A stretch of 64,000 nucleotides of DNA from Chloroflexota bacterium (GCA_030603665.1 JAUVXJ010000013.1:23910-87909); one strand, 5' to 3'. Shown: positions 49,378 through 60,042, counted from the stretch's first letter. A program made the numbers and translations. Notes: generated from the sequence alone by a model not told the origin.

Positions 49378-49770
49378 CTATGCATTCCGCAAACGATACG
49401 GCACCCCGAAGAAGGTCTTCCCACCGATAATCTCCTCAATGGCTAGCCTATTCTGATGCGTGGCGTAGCTGATGATGATGTCCGCCCTACCAGGGCACGT
49501 CCAGGCATCCACCTCCACGAAGATGAATCCAGGGTTGACGTCCTCTATCGCCTCCAGCACATCCTGGTGCACGTCGAGAATCCGGTTGACCTCCTCAGAG
49601 GTGGGGAGTTCCTCACAGGGTAGGAAGTGATCATAGTTGTCCAGCACTATGTCGTTGTAGAGTCTCCCCAACAGGCTGCCTCTGACCACGGACACCACTG
49701 CCCCACAGCACAGGGTCGCGGCGAGCACGAATACAAGACGAACGGCTCTCCCCGTTTTCCAACTGCTCAT
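49378..49770 (-). CDS. Hypothetical membrane-anchored protein
   Basis: RBS GGAG before ATG 49770; N-terminal hydrophobic helix. Confidence 0.7.
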   Translation of the reverse strand: MSSWKTGRAVRLVFVLAATLCCGAVVSVVRGSLLGRLYNDIVLDNYDHFLPCEELPTSEEVNRILDVHQDVLEAIEDVNPGFIFVEVDAWTCPGRADIIISYATHQNRLAIEEIIGGKTFFGVPYRLRNA

Positions 49771-49866
49771 GGTAGGTCTCCCTACTCCTTGGGCCGCCGC
49801 TCCCTGATGGCCCGGCACCACGGGACAACGAGCCCAGCACGTGTGGGCCGGGTCGCTCAGCTGAGA

Positions 49867-50178
49867 CTAAGACAGACGAGCCCCTTGGAGAGCGAGGGAT
49901 GCCTGAAGTTCCGATCGGTCAATCTCCCTGGGCGTCACACCCTGCGCCACCGCCATCGCTGCCGCGGTTCCAGCTGCCTGTCCCGTGGCCAGACAGGGCG
50001 GGATGAGCCTCACGCAGCTATGCACCACAGTGTCAAGGGAGATACACCGTCCCGCGGCGATGGCTGCCGCCAGGCCCGCAGGTCCTCCTCCCACCACGAG
50101 CACATCGGTTCGGTCCAGTACAGGAATCTCGCGCGTTTGCTCCAAGACGGTTTCCCCGTGCTTCTCTGGCCGTTTCAA
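49867..50178 (-). pseudogene. FAD-dependent oxidoreductase remnant with large in-frame internal deletion
   Basis: N-terminal DVLVVGGGPAGLAAAIAA joined directly to C-terminal GRCIS...R....CLATGQAAGTAAA...LQ..L..QGA. Confidence 0.8.
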
Positions 50179-50291
50179 ACCCTGCCTCCTTGTCTATCGG
50201 AGCGTTACATGAGCGGACTTCGCCCCGATTGCCTGGATTGTACCGCCACGCGCGGCCAAAGGCAAGGCCTATGGCGGATGCAGACAGCCCG

Positions 50292-50320
50292 TTGACAAGA
50301 TGGTCCAAGCCGCGTATAAT
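50292..50320 (+). promoter_or_regulatory. Perfect consensus sigma70 promoter
   Basis: TTGACA-17 nt-TATAAT upstream of the flavodoxin gene. Confidence 0.8.
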
Positions 50321-50391
50321 GACAGGGAACGAACTCGGCACAGCGTATGTGTCCCCTCACGCTCGCCGCCACGAGCCAACTAACAGCCGCC

Positions 50392-50850
50392 ATGAACATC
50401 CTAGTCATCTACGATTCCACGTACGGCACTACTGAGCAACTCGCCCAGGCCATTCTCGACGCACTGGGGGAACGCGCCTCTGTTCGGCTGATCAGGGTCA
50501 ACAAGGTGCAGCACTCTGACCTGGAGAATGTCGACCTGCTGGTACTCGGTTGCCCTACTCACAAGCGGAAGCCAACGCACGCAGTGCAGGCCTTTCTGGA
50601 TTGCGTCTCCAAGAGGTCTCTGGACGGCATCTCCGCAGCCGTCTTCGACACACGATACCGCAAACCACGGCTCCTCACCGGATCCGCGGCCGCGCGGGTG
50701 GCGAAGAGCCTTCGCAAAGCCGGAGCGGATGTGGAAGCTCCGGCTGAGAGCTTCTTCGTGGCGTCCAGGGAAGGTCCTCTGGAAGAGGGAGAGTCGGGCC
50801 GGGCGGCCGACTGGGCTCTACAGATCCTCCACACGTTGCAGGAATCCTAG
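50392..50850 (+). CDS. Flavodoxin family protein
   Basis: YDSTYGTTEQLA, LVLGCPTH, AVFDTR, EGPLEEGE. Confidence 0.88.
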   Translation: MNILVIYDSTYGTTEQLAQAILDALGERASVRLIRVNKVQHSDLENVDLLVLGCPTHKRKPTHAVQAFLDCVSKRSLDGISAAVFDTRYRKPRLLTGSAAARVAKSLRKAGADVEAPAESFFVASREGPLEEGESGRAADWALQILHTLQES

Positions 50851-51166
50851 ACAGAGGGTTACTGCTTGACGTGTCCCATCCGCGCCACCACCGGCGCCCA
50901 CGGGCCTCACTGAGCAAGAAGAAGTGGCCCCATGAGCCCAAGAACCGTGCTCTCGTACGCCTAGCGGGTGCCGGTGTGTGGCCTGGCATTCTTGGCGGCC
51001 ACCATTCTCGGGAACATCCTGGCCGATTCTATGATCTACGCCTGGGTGATAGTGGTCCTGCTTTGGGGATCGCGCGAGCCGCGTTGGCCAGTCTGTGAGT
51101 AGCCACGTATAATCACAGCCGCCTCAAACGTAGCCCGGAGTTCAACCGTCGTTCGGAAGGTGTGCT

Positions 51167-52066
51167 ATGCCTCAAACCATACTCGAGACACGAAACCTGG
51201 TGAAGCGATACAACGGCTTCACAGCGGTGGATGACCTCTCCTTCGAGGTGTACGAAGGCGAGATCTTCGGCCTGCTGGGACCCAACGGGGCAGGGAAGAC
51301 CACCGCCATCCGCACCATCATGGACATCTTCAAACCTGACGAGGGCACGATAACCGTCCTGGGCGAGCCTCCGGGGGTGGTCCGCAGGCGGATCGGCTAC
51401 CTACCCGAGGAACGGGGTCTGTATCAGGACCTCAAGGTACTCGACGTCCTCGTGTACCTCGCCCAGTTGAAGGGCACCTCACGATCCACGGCGCGCGAGC
51501 AATCGCTGATCTGGCTCGACAAAGTGGAGCTGGGCGACTGGGCGAACAAGAAGGTGCAGGATCTCAGCCGCGGCATGCAGCAGAAACTCCAGTTTGTGGC
51601 CAGCGTGGTTCACGACCCGCAGCTGCTGATCCTCGACGAGCCGTTCCAGGGACTGGACCCCATCAATGTGGATCTGCTTAAAGGACTGATACGGGACCTG
51701 CGCAGCGAGGGCAAGACGGTGATGCTCAGCGCTCACCAGATGAACCTGGTGGAAGCCCTCTGCGATCGCATCCTGCTCATCGACGACGGCAAGGGCGTGC
51801 TCTACGGCGACCTGGCGGAGATCAAGCGCCGTCATGCACCTGGCACCGTGCGGCTCCGCACCTCTGATCCCCTGGTGGAGCTACCAGGTGTGATACGGGT
51901 AGAGCAGCGCGACGACACCTACACCCTCACTCTGGAAGGCGTCACAGCGCAGGATCTGCTCAGAGAGCTCTTGGAGAGAGATATCTCCGTTGGATCCTTC
52001 GAGGTAGCCACGGCACCTCTGGAGGACATCTTCATCGCCGTGGTCAAGGAGAGAGACGATGCGTAG
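51167..52066 (+). CDS. ABC-2 type transporter ATP-binding protein (NatA/YhaQ-like)
   Basis: GPNGAGKTT, YLPEERGLY, LSRGMQQK, ILDEPF. Confidence 0.93.
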   Translation: MPQTILETRNLVKRYNGFTAVDDLSFEVYEGEIFGLLGPNGAGKTTAIRTIMDIFKPDEGTITVLGEPPGVVRRRIGYLPEERGLYQDLKVLDVLVYLAQLKGTSRSTAREQSLIWLDKVELGDWANKKVQDLSRGMQQKLQFVASVVHDPQLLILDEPFQGLDPINVDLLKGLIRDLRSEGKTVMLSAHQMNLVEALCDRILLIDDGKGVLYGDLAEIKRRHAPGTVRLRTSDPLVELPGVIRVEQRDDTYTLTLEGVTAQDLLRELLERDISVGSFEVATAPLEDIFIAVVKERDDA

Positions 52067-53294
52067 AGTGCTCATCGTCGCACGCCACGAGTACCTGGTC
52101 AACGTGCGCCGGGTCGGCTTCATTGTCATGACACTTCTGGTCCCCTTGATCGGAGCATTGGGCCTCTTCGTGGCCGCCTTCTTCGGCGGCCAGGCGGCCT
52201 CCCTCTTGGCCAGCACCTTCACCCCCGAGGAGGGGAACATCGGCGTGGTGGACCAGATGGGGGCCTTCACCCCTCTCCTGTCGGAGTATGAGGAACGGAT
52301 CAGCCTCTACCTGGATGAAGAACAAGGGCGCGCCGCCGTCCGGGAGGAGAAGATCACCACGCTGCTGGTCATCCCTGAGGACTATATTGAGACCGGGAAG
52401 GTGATCATCATCAGCAAGGAGGGAGGCTTCGGCTCCGCGATCCTGGAGGAGTCCGACACCTTGCGGGCCTTTTTCGTGGATCACCTTCTCCGGGATGAGG
52501 TCGACCCTGCGCTCAGACAGCGTCTGGCCAATCCCATCGAGCCCGTGGTGGTCAGTCTGGAGCAGGAAGGGGAACCCGAGGGAGGACCGCTGAGCATCAT
52601 CCTCAACATGATGGTGCCCTATTTCCTGGGCATGCTCCTGGTGATGACCATCTTCGTCTCGTCGGGCTACCTGCTGCAGGGGGTGGCCAAGGAGAAGACG
52701 AGCCGGGTGATAGAGATCCTCCTCTCCTCTGTGACCGCTCGTGAGCTTCTGGCGGGCAAAGTCCTGGGGCTGGGAGCGCTGGGCCTCACCCAGATATCCA
52801 TCTGGCTGGCTTCCTCCGTTGTCCTGAGCGGTGGCAGCGCGGGCCTCCTGGGCATATCCCTGCCATTCATGGTGCGACCTCAGGTGCTGATTCTGGGGGT
52901 GGTCTACTACGTTCTCGGTTTTCTGGTCTACGCCGTCTTGATGGGAGGGGTCGGGGCGCTGGGCACCAACCAGCAGGAGTCTCAGCAATTGGCCGGCATC
53001 TTCTCCCTCATGGCCGCCATCCCACTTATGGTCAGTGGATTCATGTTCACCAACCCCAATATGACCTTTGTCCGGGTCCTGTCCTGGTTCCCGCTCACCG
53101 CTCCAACCATGATGCTGCTCCGGATGCCCATGGCTGAAGTGCCCATGGTAGACGTTGTGGGTAGCATCGTGATGCTCATCATCTCCATCCCCATCATACT
53201 GTGGGCAGGCAGCAAGCTCTTCCGCATGGGCCTGCTGATGTATGGGAAGCGACCCAGTCTGAGGCAGATCGCCAGGGCCCTTCGGCAGGCCTAG
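52059..53294 (+). CDS. ABC-2 type transporter permease (NatB/YhaP-like)
   Basis: EKTSRVIEILLSS, LLAGKVLG, multiple TM helices; overlaps the ATPase gene. Confidence 0.92.
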   Translation: MRRVLIVARHEYLVNVRRVGFIVMTLLVPLIGALGLFVAAFFGGQAASLLASTFTPEEGNIGVVDQMGAFTPLLSEYEERISLYLDEEQGRAAVREEKITTLLVIPEDYIETGKVIIISKEGGFGSAILEESDTLRAFFVDHLLRDEVDPALRQRLANPIEPVVVSLEQEGEPEGGPLSIILNMMVPYFLGMLLVMTIFVSSGYLLQGVAKEKTSRVIEILLSSVTARELLAGKVLGLGALGLTQISIWLASSVVLSGGSAGLLGISLPFMVRPQVLILGVVYYVLGFLVYAVLMGGVGALGTNQQESQQLAGIFSLMAAIPLMVSGFMFTNPNMTFVRVLSWFPLTAPTMMLLRMPMAEVPMVDVVGSIVMLIISIPIILWAGSKLFRMGLLMYGKRPSLRQIARALRQA

Positions 53295-53456
53295 CAGAAG
53301 CTCAAGAATCGCCGATTCACTGCGTAGGCCACCGAAGTGGCATCAGTCAGTGAGACACTCGCCAGCTCACTACCGCGCAGGCCGCACCTTCCGACACCAT
53401 TCAGTATTGGGATAGCAGACAGCACGACCACTGACGAAGAGGAGGGTACACTCACT

Positions 53457-54617
53457 ATGACAGTCACTCTCATCGAGGAGATTCCCCTGGGCGATGATCG
53501 CCTGCGCGAATTCGTGGAGCTGCCCTGGCGCCTGTACAAGGGCGATCCCTTCTGGACCCCACCTCTCAGGTCGGAGTACCTGGGTAGCAGGCTGCTGGGC
53601 ACACCCGGGCTGCTGACCTCCAGACACCCCTACCACCAGCACGCAGAGGTCACCCACTTTCTGGCCAGAAGAGGTTCACAAGTCGTGGGTCGCATCTCAG
53701 CGGCCGTCAACCACCGCTTCAATGAATACCATAACACAAAGATCGGATTCTTCGGATTCTTCGAAACGGTCGAGGACTTCGAGGTGGCCCGCAGTCTGCT
53801 GGATGCTGCCCGAGACTGGGTGGAGAAGCGGGGCATGAAGGTGCTGCGCGGCCCTGGGGAGTACTCCAACGCCACCCACGAACGTCAGGGTGTGCTGGTC
53901 CACGGCTTCGACACTCCGCCCACGGTGGAATTGACCCACAATCCGCCCTATTACGGCGATCTACTGGAGCAGTATGGATTTCGCAAGGCCAAGGACTACT
54001 ACGCCTACATGGCAGAGGACTTCAGGGCCGAGAACGCCTCCCGGCTGGCTCGCCTGTCGGAGCGCGTTCGAAAGCGGTACGGCATCACCACCCGTGTGGT
54101 CGATCTCGACTCGCTGGACGAGGAGATTCAGATCCTGGTCAGTATCTACAATGAAGCGTGGGCGCGGAATTGGGGCTTCCTGCCTCTGACGGATGAGGAC
54201 GCTTCCGCCCTGGCGGAGACCCTGCGCCCCGTGCTCATACCAGAGCTGCTACGTTTCGCCTTCGTGAAGGGGGAACCAGCCGCGGTGGTGGGTGCCCTAC
54301 CCGACCTCTACGTTCCCCTGAGACCTCGCTGGCGCTGGCCCCTGGACACGGATCTGGTGCGCACCCTGCGTGTGCTGCGGCAGCGAAGGCGCATCCCCAG
54401 GCTGCGCATCATGTTCATGGGTACGCGGCCGGAATTCAGGCAAATGGGAGCAGACGCCGTCCTGTTCCACGAACTGTACACCGCTGCCGCGCCCATGGGC
54501 TTCACCATGGCGGAGGGGTCCATGATGCTGGAGGACAACGAGGACGTCACCAGGCTCACCAGCGCCATTGGCTTCCACCACTACAAGACCTGGCGCATCT
54601 ACGACCTGAATCTCTGA
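53457..54617 (+). CDS. GNAT-fold protein (YghO-like)
   Basis: VGRISA, GFFGFFE, LRGP, HNPPYY, YNEAWARNWGF, YKTWRIY. Confidence 0.82.
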   Translation: MTVTLIEEIPLGDDRLREFVELPWRLYKGDPFWTPPLRSEYLGSRLLGTPGLLTSRHPYHQHAEVTHFLARRGSQVVGRISAAVNHRFNEYHNTKIGFFGFFETVEDFEVARSLLDAARDWVEKRGMKVLRGPGEYSNATHERQGVLVHGFDTPPTVELTHNPPYYGDLLEQYGFRKAKDYYAYMAEDFRAENASRLARLSERVRKRYGITTRVVDLDSLDEEIQILVSIYNEAWARNWGFLPLTDEDASALAETLRPVLIPELLRFAFVKGEPAAVVGALPDLYVPLRPRWRWPLDTDLVRTLRVLRQRRRIPRLRIMFMGTRPEFRQMGADAVLFHELYTAAAPMGFTMAEGSMMLEDNEDVTRLTSAIGFHHYKTWRIYDLNL

Positions 54618-54677
54618 AAGCCAACACCGCCTCAGTCGCCCGGCTGTAAGAGGAACGCCGATCGCAGATCTGCTCCG

Positions 54678-56192
54678 CTACGCGTTTTGGGCGCCAGCAG
54701 ACCGCCCTCGCCAGATCAAGTATCCGGCGTAGGCCAATGGCGCCCCAAAGATCAGCGACACCGCGACCAAAGTCACGCCCATTGAGTTGCCCCACATCAT
54801 GAGAGGGAAGAACCACATCAGCAAGAAGATGTAGACCACGTAGTTCCACGTCGCTGTGTAGGAGAACAGCATGGTCAATCTAGCTATTCCGACAGAAGGT
54901 ATCACCGCCCCCAGCGCCACCAGCCAGACCACATACCAGGGCTGCCACCATAGCACCGCGAAACTCAGGAAGACGAACACCGTCCAGTAGAGACTCATGA
55001 GCAGCGAGTGCATCCCTCTCTTCAGTCTGACAATCTGCCAGACGTAGAACAGGCCAAATAGACCCAACGCCGCGTACCGCACCGAACTCTGCACCAGCTC
55101 CGCGCCCTCCACCCACCGTCGCACGGCCAGCATGGCCAGCGTCGCGAACGACGACGTGAACATGTTTTGCCGTTCCAGCCAGCCCAACGAGGCCCTGCCT
55201 TCCCACAAAGGCGCATGAAGTAGGAGCACCAGGGCTACGGTCAATCCCAACCCCAGCGCCATGACGCGCAATCTGCTACGCTTCCCCGAGAGTGCCCGCC
55301 ATCCGGCAACGACGAACAAGGGGACTACGATCACCGTAGGCATCTTCACCAGACAGGAAAGCGTGGCCACAGGGATGGCCAAGGCGAAGCGCCCCCGCGC
55401 AAAGAGGAGCAACGCCAGCAGAATGAAGGACACCACCAGTCCATCGTGGTGGCCGCCCGCTGCGCTCTCGAACAGCACCAGGGGGTTCCAGGCGTAGAGT
55501 ACCGCGCCCGCCAGCGCATAGGAGGGTCGCCAGCGAGCCAGGAGGGCATAGATCAGTCCTGAGTTCAGCAGATGTACGGCCAGAGCCAAGCCCTTGAACA
55601 GCAGTAGATAGGTCAGCAGGCTGGATCCGCTGAGCATGCCGATGGCTGCCGACAGGTAGGTCCATACAGGACCATACGGGGAGGTGATGTGGGGCCAGGC
55701 CGAATACCACATCAAAGGATCGCCCAGGAAGTCCGCCGGCCGGTACAGATGAGGATTGACCCCGTGATGGACCGTGATCCTCGCGTAGGCGATGTACTCG
55801 AAGATGTCGACAGCGGTGATAGGATATACCAGGACCAGAGCCAGGCCGCACAGGAAGGCAAACAGCAGTACCAGCAGCAGGCCAAACCAGGAAGACCGCC
55901 CGCGGCACAACACGTACGCCGCGTAAGCGAGGGCAAAGAGCACCAAGAAGACGAGGACAAAATCGCGGGCCGCATCGTGGCTGTAGCTCGTCACCTTCCC
56001 CAGATCGAGGAGAGGCACATCGTACAGCCTGAGTAGTGGGTATGGCCTGAGGAAGTACCTGAGATACAGTAGTTGCGAGAGGAGCCCCAGAATGATGAGG
56101 CACAACCAGTGCAGATTGGACGTGCACACAGCCGCAAAGCGTGCAGGCAACTCGCTCAGAGGTATGCCGGTACTCGCTCCAGAATCGTGCAC
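54678..56192 (-). CDS. GT-C fold membrane glycosyltransferase (MptA/B-like)
   Basis: DIFEY, SPYGPVW, YAWNPLVLFE...GHHD, PWYVVW; polytopic. Confidence 0.82.
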   Translation of the reverse strand: MHDSGASTGIPLSELPARFAAVCTSNLHWLCLIILGLLSQLLYLRYFLRPYPLLRLYDVPLLDLGKVTSYSHDAARDFVLVFLVLFALAYAAYVLCRGRSSWFGLLLVLLFAFLCGLALVLVYPITAVDIFEYIAYARITVHHGVNPHLYRPADFLGDPLMWYSAWPHITSPYGPVWTYLSAAIGMLSGSSLLTYLLLFKGLALAVHLLNSGLIYALLARWRPSYALAGAVLYAWNPLVLFESAAGGHHDGLVVSFILLALLLFARGRFALAIPVATLSCLVKMPTVIVVPLFVVAGWRALSGKRSRLRVMALGLGLTVALVLLLHAPLWEGRASLGWLERQNMFTSSFATLAMLAVRRWVEGAELVQSSVRYAALGLFGLFYVWQIVRLKRGMHSLLMSLYWTVFVFLSFAVLWWQPWYVVWLVALGAVIPSVGIARLTMLFSYTATWNYVVYIFLLMWFFPLMMWGNSMGVTLVAVSLIFGAPLAYAGYLIWRGRSAGAQNA

Positions 56193-56321
56193 AGGAGGAA
56201 CCGCAACCTTGTCCGATTAGCACTGTAGTGCGGCCCCGCCCCTGGTCAACGAACCGGAGCGGCGAGGCCACCATCCCCACACTTCACTGCGCGACGGCCT
56301 GGCACCGCGGGCAAGAGAATC

Positions 56322-58799
56322 CTACTCGCGCAACTTGGCTCCCAGTTCCTTGCTCAATCGCTTGACAATCTTGGAGTGCACCTTCGCCACCTGCTTGTCG
56401 GTCAGGGTGCGTTCCTCGTGTCTATATGTTAGCGAATAGGCCAGGCTCTTCTTGCCAGCCGGTATCGGATCGCCTCGGTACACATCGAACAGAGTCACGC
56501 CCACAAGGAGTCGGCCGCCTGCCTTCCGGATGAGGTCCTCCATCCGCTGGGCGGAGACCCCCTCGTCGACGACCAGGGACATGTCCTGACTGACGGACGG
56601 GAAGCGCGGTAGAGGCTGGAGATGGCGGATCGGCTCCACTTGAGCCAGCAACTCCTCCAGGTCCAGCTCCAGCAGGCAGACAGGTTGCTCAGGAAGATCG
56701 AACCCATCCCGCACCGTGGCATCCACCTCTCCCATCACGCCGATCTCCGTCTCACCCAACCGCAGGACCGCCGCACCCCCGGCGTGGAAGGTTGGATGCT
56801 CCAGCCGAACGAAGCTCGATTCAGGAAGAACCAGGTGGTCCAGCAAGGTCTCCACCACCCCTTTGAGGGCGAAGAAGTCCACGTGCTCCTGATTCTGACC
56901 CATCCAAGAGCGCTCCTGCCAGAGCCCGGTCATCGCTATGCAGAGTCTCCGCGGCTCCTTCGGCAGCTCCTCCCCAGGATCAGGCAGGTACACCCGCCCG
57001 ATCTCGAACAGCGCCACTCGATCCGTGTAGCGAAGGTTGTCGCGCACCGCCTCCAGAAGACTCGCCAGCAGAGTGCGGCGCATGAACTCACGCTCAGTGG
57101 TCAGTGGATTGGCGATTCGCACATAATCCGCCGGGTCCGGCTCAGGCTGCCCCGGAGTAAGCTTGCCGAAGGTCTCCAGATTCCCTAGGGAGTAAGTGAT
57201 CGCTTCGGTAAGCCCGCAACCGACCAAGATGTCACGAACCCTCTCCTCCCCCTCCAGCGAGAAGTCGCGCTCCTGGGGCGGCAGCTCGTCCGTCATCAAG
57301 GTCGTGGGCAGCCTGTCGTAGCCCCAAACGCGAGCCACGTCCTCAATCAAGTCCGCGGCCACGGTCACGTCCAGCCGATAGTAGGGTACAGTGGCACGAA
57401 TGGTCCCTTCTACGACCTGGCAGTCGAACTCCAACGACTCCAGGATGTTCACGATCTGCTCTGTCTCCAGGTCGACGCCAAGGATACGCTCCACTTCTGC
57501 TGCGGTCAGCTCAATCCCCTTGCCCTCCGGCCTTAGCGGGTAGGCATCCCCGTGCCCCTCCTCCATCGTACCGCCAGCCAGCTCTTCCATCATTCTGGCG
57601 GAGCGCTGCACGGCGATCATCGACAGGTCGGGCGGCACTCCACGGCCAAAGCGCGCAGAGGCCTCGCTGGGCAACTTCAAGGCCTGGGAGGTCTTGCGTA
57701 TGCTGATGTTGTTGAAGTTCGCCGACTCGATGAGGATGTTGGTGGTTGCCTCGGTGATCTCGCTTTGCAGACCGCCCATCACTCCGGCCACCGCCACCGG
57801 CCCGCCACCGTCGGTGATGAGTAGCATGTCCTCGGTGAGAGCGTGGTGCTCCCCATCCAGCGTGGTCATTGTCTCGCCGGGACGCGCCCTGCGGATGACG
57901 ATCAGCGGCACGCTGGACGGTGGAGTCTTTCCGTCGCGGCCTCTCAAGAGGTCGTAGTCGAAGGCATGCAACGGCTGACCCCATTCCAGCATCACGTAGT
58001 TGGTCACGTCCACGGTGTTGCTGATGGGCCTCATGCCGGCGAGAGTCAATCGCCGCTGCATCCAAGAAGGCGATGGGCCGCTGCTCAGACCTCTCACCAG
58101 CGCAGTTGTGTACCGTGGGCACAGATCTGGATCAGCGATCTCTATCTCCACCCAGGGAATAGACTCAGACCCCACCACGCTCGCCAACTCCGGCCACTCT
58201 CCCAGCCTGCACTCCTGCCCCGTCAGGGCGGCCACCTCGCGGGCCACACCGACCATGGAGAAGCAGCGGGCCAGATTGGGCGTCAGGTCCAGGTCTAGCA
58301 CCACATCACCCATGTAGTCGCGCAACGGCATGCCCGTCGGCGCGTCATCGTCCAGAATCATGATGCCTTCATGATCTTCGGAGATGCCCAACTCCTTCTC
58401 GGAGCAGACCATGCCCTCCGATGGCACTCCCCGGATCTTCGTCGGCTTTAGAGTGATGTACTTCAGTTCCTCGGAATAGCCATCAATGAGACGTGCCCCC
58501 GTCGTCGCGAATGGAACCTTCACCCCCTTGTCTCCGACTCGGATGTTCGGCGCGCCGGTGACAACGGCCATGGGCTCGCCGGCGCCGTACTCGACCACCG
58601 CGATCGTCAGCCGGTCGGCGTTGGGATGAGGTCCTACCTCCAGTATCTCGCCTACGAACATCTTGTCCCGATCCCACTCGGCACCGACATGCTCGATCGC
58701 TCCTACTTCCAACCCGGCCATGGTCAAACGCTCGGCGAGTTCCTCGAGCGGTATAGTTATCTCAACGTAATCCTTCAGCCAGCTGATGGGTACCCTCAT
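56322..58799 (-). CDS. pheT: Phenylalanine-tRNA ligase beta subunit
   Basis: MRVPISWLKDY, HPNADRL, SEGMVCS, VDVTNYVMLE.GQPLHAFD, DLIEDVAR..GY, GKKSLAY. Confidence 0.97.
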   Translation of the reverse strand: MRVPISWLKDYVEITIPLEELAERLTMAGLEVGAIEHVGAEWDRDKMFVGEILEVGPHPNADRLTIAVVEYGAGEPMAVVTGAPNIRVGDKGVKVPFATTGARLIDGYSEELKYITLKPTKIRGVPSEGMVCSEKELGISEDHEGIMILDDDAPTGMPLRDYMGDVVLDLDLTPNLARCFSMVGVAREVAALTGQECRLGEWPELASVVGSESIPWVEIEIADPDLCPRYTTALVRGLSSGPSPSWMQRRLTLAGMRPISNTVDVTNYVMLEWGQPLHAFDYDLLRGRDGKTPPSSVPLIVIRRARPGETMTTLDGEHHALTEDMLLITDGGGPVAVAGVMGGLQSEITEATTNILIESANFNNISIRKTSQALKLPSEASARFGRGVPPDLSMIAVQRSARMMEELAGGTMEEGHGDAYPLRPEGKGIELTAAEVERILGVDLETEQIVNILESLEFDCQVVEGTIRATVPYYRLDVTVAADLIEDVARVWGYDRLPTTLMTDELPPQERDFSLEGEERVRDILVGCGLTEAITYSLGNLETFGKLTPGQPEPDPADYVRIANPLTTEREFMRRTLLASLLEAVRDNLRYTDRVALFEIGRVYLPDPGEELPKEPRRLCIAMTGLWQERSWMGQNQEHVDFFALKGVVETLLDHLVLPESSFVRLEHPTFHAGGAAVLRLGETEIGVMGEVDATVRDGFDLPEQPVCLLELDLEELLAQVEPIRHLQPLPRFPSVSQDMSLVVDEGVSAQRMEDLIRKAGGRLLVGVTLFDVYRGDPIPAGKKSLAYSLTYRHEERTLTDKQVAKVHSKIVKRLSKELGAKLRE

Positions 58800-58859
58800 G
58801 ATGGTTTCCTCCTGTTGATGGCTCCTCTGCCAGGTAGTCCGCGCACCCCCTCGTGGCAA

Positions 58860-59876
58860 CTACCCAAACTGCCGTGCAAAGCGCAGATCGTTGCTATAGA
58901 AGAGCCGGATGTCGTCGATGCTGTACTTGATCATGGCGATTCGTTCGGGTCCCATCCCGAATGCGTAGCCGCTATAGACGTCCGGATCATAACCGCCGTT
59001 CCTCAGCACCTGCGGATGCACCATTCCTGCACCGGAGATCTCGACCCACCCGGTGTGTTTGCACACCCGGCATCCCTCGCCTGCACAGATGATGCAATCC
59101 ATGTCCACCTCCACGCTGGGCTCAGTGAAGGGGAAGTGGCTGCAGCGGAATCGCACCTTGCGGTCCGCGCCAAACATCTGGCGGGCGAAATCGACCATCG
59201 TCCCTTTCAGATCGGCCAAGGTGATCCGTTTCCCAACCGCCAACCCCTCAACCTGGTAGAACATGAACTCAGAGCGGGCAGTGACCGCCTCATATCTGTA
59301 GCACTTACCAGGGAGGATGACCCTTATGGGATCTGGACAGTGTTTCCTCATGCTGCGAATCTGACCGGGAGAGGTATGGGTTCGGAGCACCACCTTCGGA
59401 TTCACGTAGAACGTGTCCCACATGTCCCTGGCAGGATGATGAGGAGGCATGTTGAGCAACTCGAAATTGAGCAAGTCGCTCTCCACCTCGGGCCACTCCT
59501 CTACCTGGAAACCCATGCGTGCGAAGATGGCGTATATCTCCCTCAGGGTTTGAGTCGTAATGTGCAGCCGACCCACGTTGACCGGTCTGCCTGGCAGCGT
59601 AATGTCCAGGGCCTCAGCCGGGCCTGCGGCCGCTCGGCTCAGTTCCTCGTGGCGGGCATCATAGGACTCAGCCAGCAACTCCTTGAGTTCGTTGGCGGCC
59701 TGACCGAAGGCAGGCCGGTCCTCAGGAGGAAGCTCCCCCACACCTCGGAGCAGCTGGGCCACCGCTCCCTTCCGTCCGAGGTACTTGACTCGCCAATCAG
59801 CCAGCTGGTCCAGACTGGACGTTGCCTGCAAGGCCTCTCGGGCCTCCTCTCCAAGCTTGTCTAGCTTCCCCGACAT
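58860..59876 (-). CDS. pheS: Phenylalanine-tRNA ligase alpha subunit
   Basis: HPARDMWDTF, LRTHTSPGQ, FPFTEPS, GAGMVHP, AFGMGPER. Confidence 0.97.
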   Translation of the reverse strand: MSGKLDKLGEEAREALQATSSLDQLADWRVKYLGRKGAVAQLLRGVGELPPEDRPAFGQAANELKELLAESYDARHEELSRAAAGPAEALDITLPGRPVNVGRLHITTQTLREIYAIFARMGFQVEEWPEVESDLLNFELLNMPPHHPARDMWDTFYVNPKVVLRTHTSPGQIRSMRKHCPDPIRVILPGKCYRYEAVTARSEFMFYQVEGLAVGKRITLADLKGTMVDFARQMFGADRKVRFRCSHFPFTEPSVEVDMDCIICAGEGCRVCKHTGWVEISGAGMVHPQVLRNGGYDPDVYSGYAFGMGPERIAMIKYSIDDIRLFYSNDLRFARQFG

Positions 59877-59897
59877 CGCACTCACTCCTTGTTTCAT

Positions 59898-59934
59898 AAG
59901 AAAGAAGCCCCCTTCAGGTCACCTAAAGAGGGCT
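59898..59934 (-). terminator. Intrinsic terminator (attenuator) in the pheS leader
   Basis: Minus strand reads AGCCCTCTTT-AGGTGACCT-GAAGGGGGCT followed by TCTTTCTT, about 20 nt before the pheS start. Confidence 0.75.
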
Positions 59935-59961
59935 ACGTGTGTCAACAGACAATCGACGGAT

Positions 59962-60042
59962 TCATCCGTACGGTACGGGTAGACGGGTGCCCTCTATGGC
60001 ACTAGCAAAGGTGAACATCTGGAGTTCCCCGCGAGCCACCAT
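59962..60042 (-). CDS. Putative pheST leader peptide (26 aa, Phe-Thr-Phe)
   Basis: RBS GAGGT; MVARGELQMFTFASAIEGTRLPVPYG*; lies between the promoter and the terminator. Confidence 0.55.
   Translation of the reverse strand: MVARGELQMFTFASAIEGTRLPVPYG

Noticed and set aside
58626..59864. Long antisense ORFs (also 21743-22921, 38417-39553, 20540-21580)
   Set aside because: Shadow frames of well-supported genes in GC-rich DNA, with no motifs of their own.
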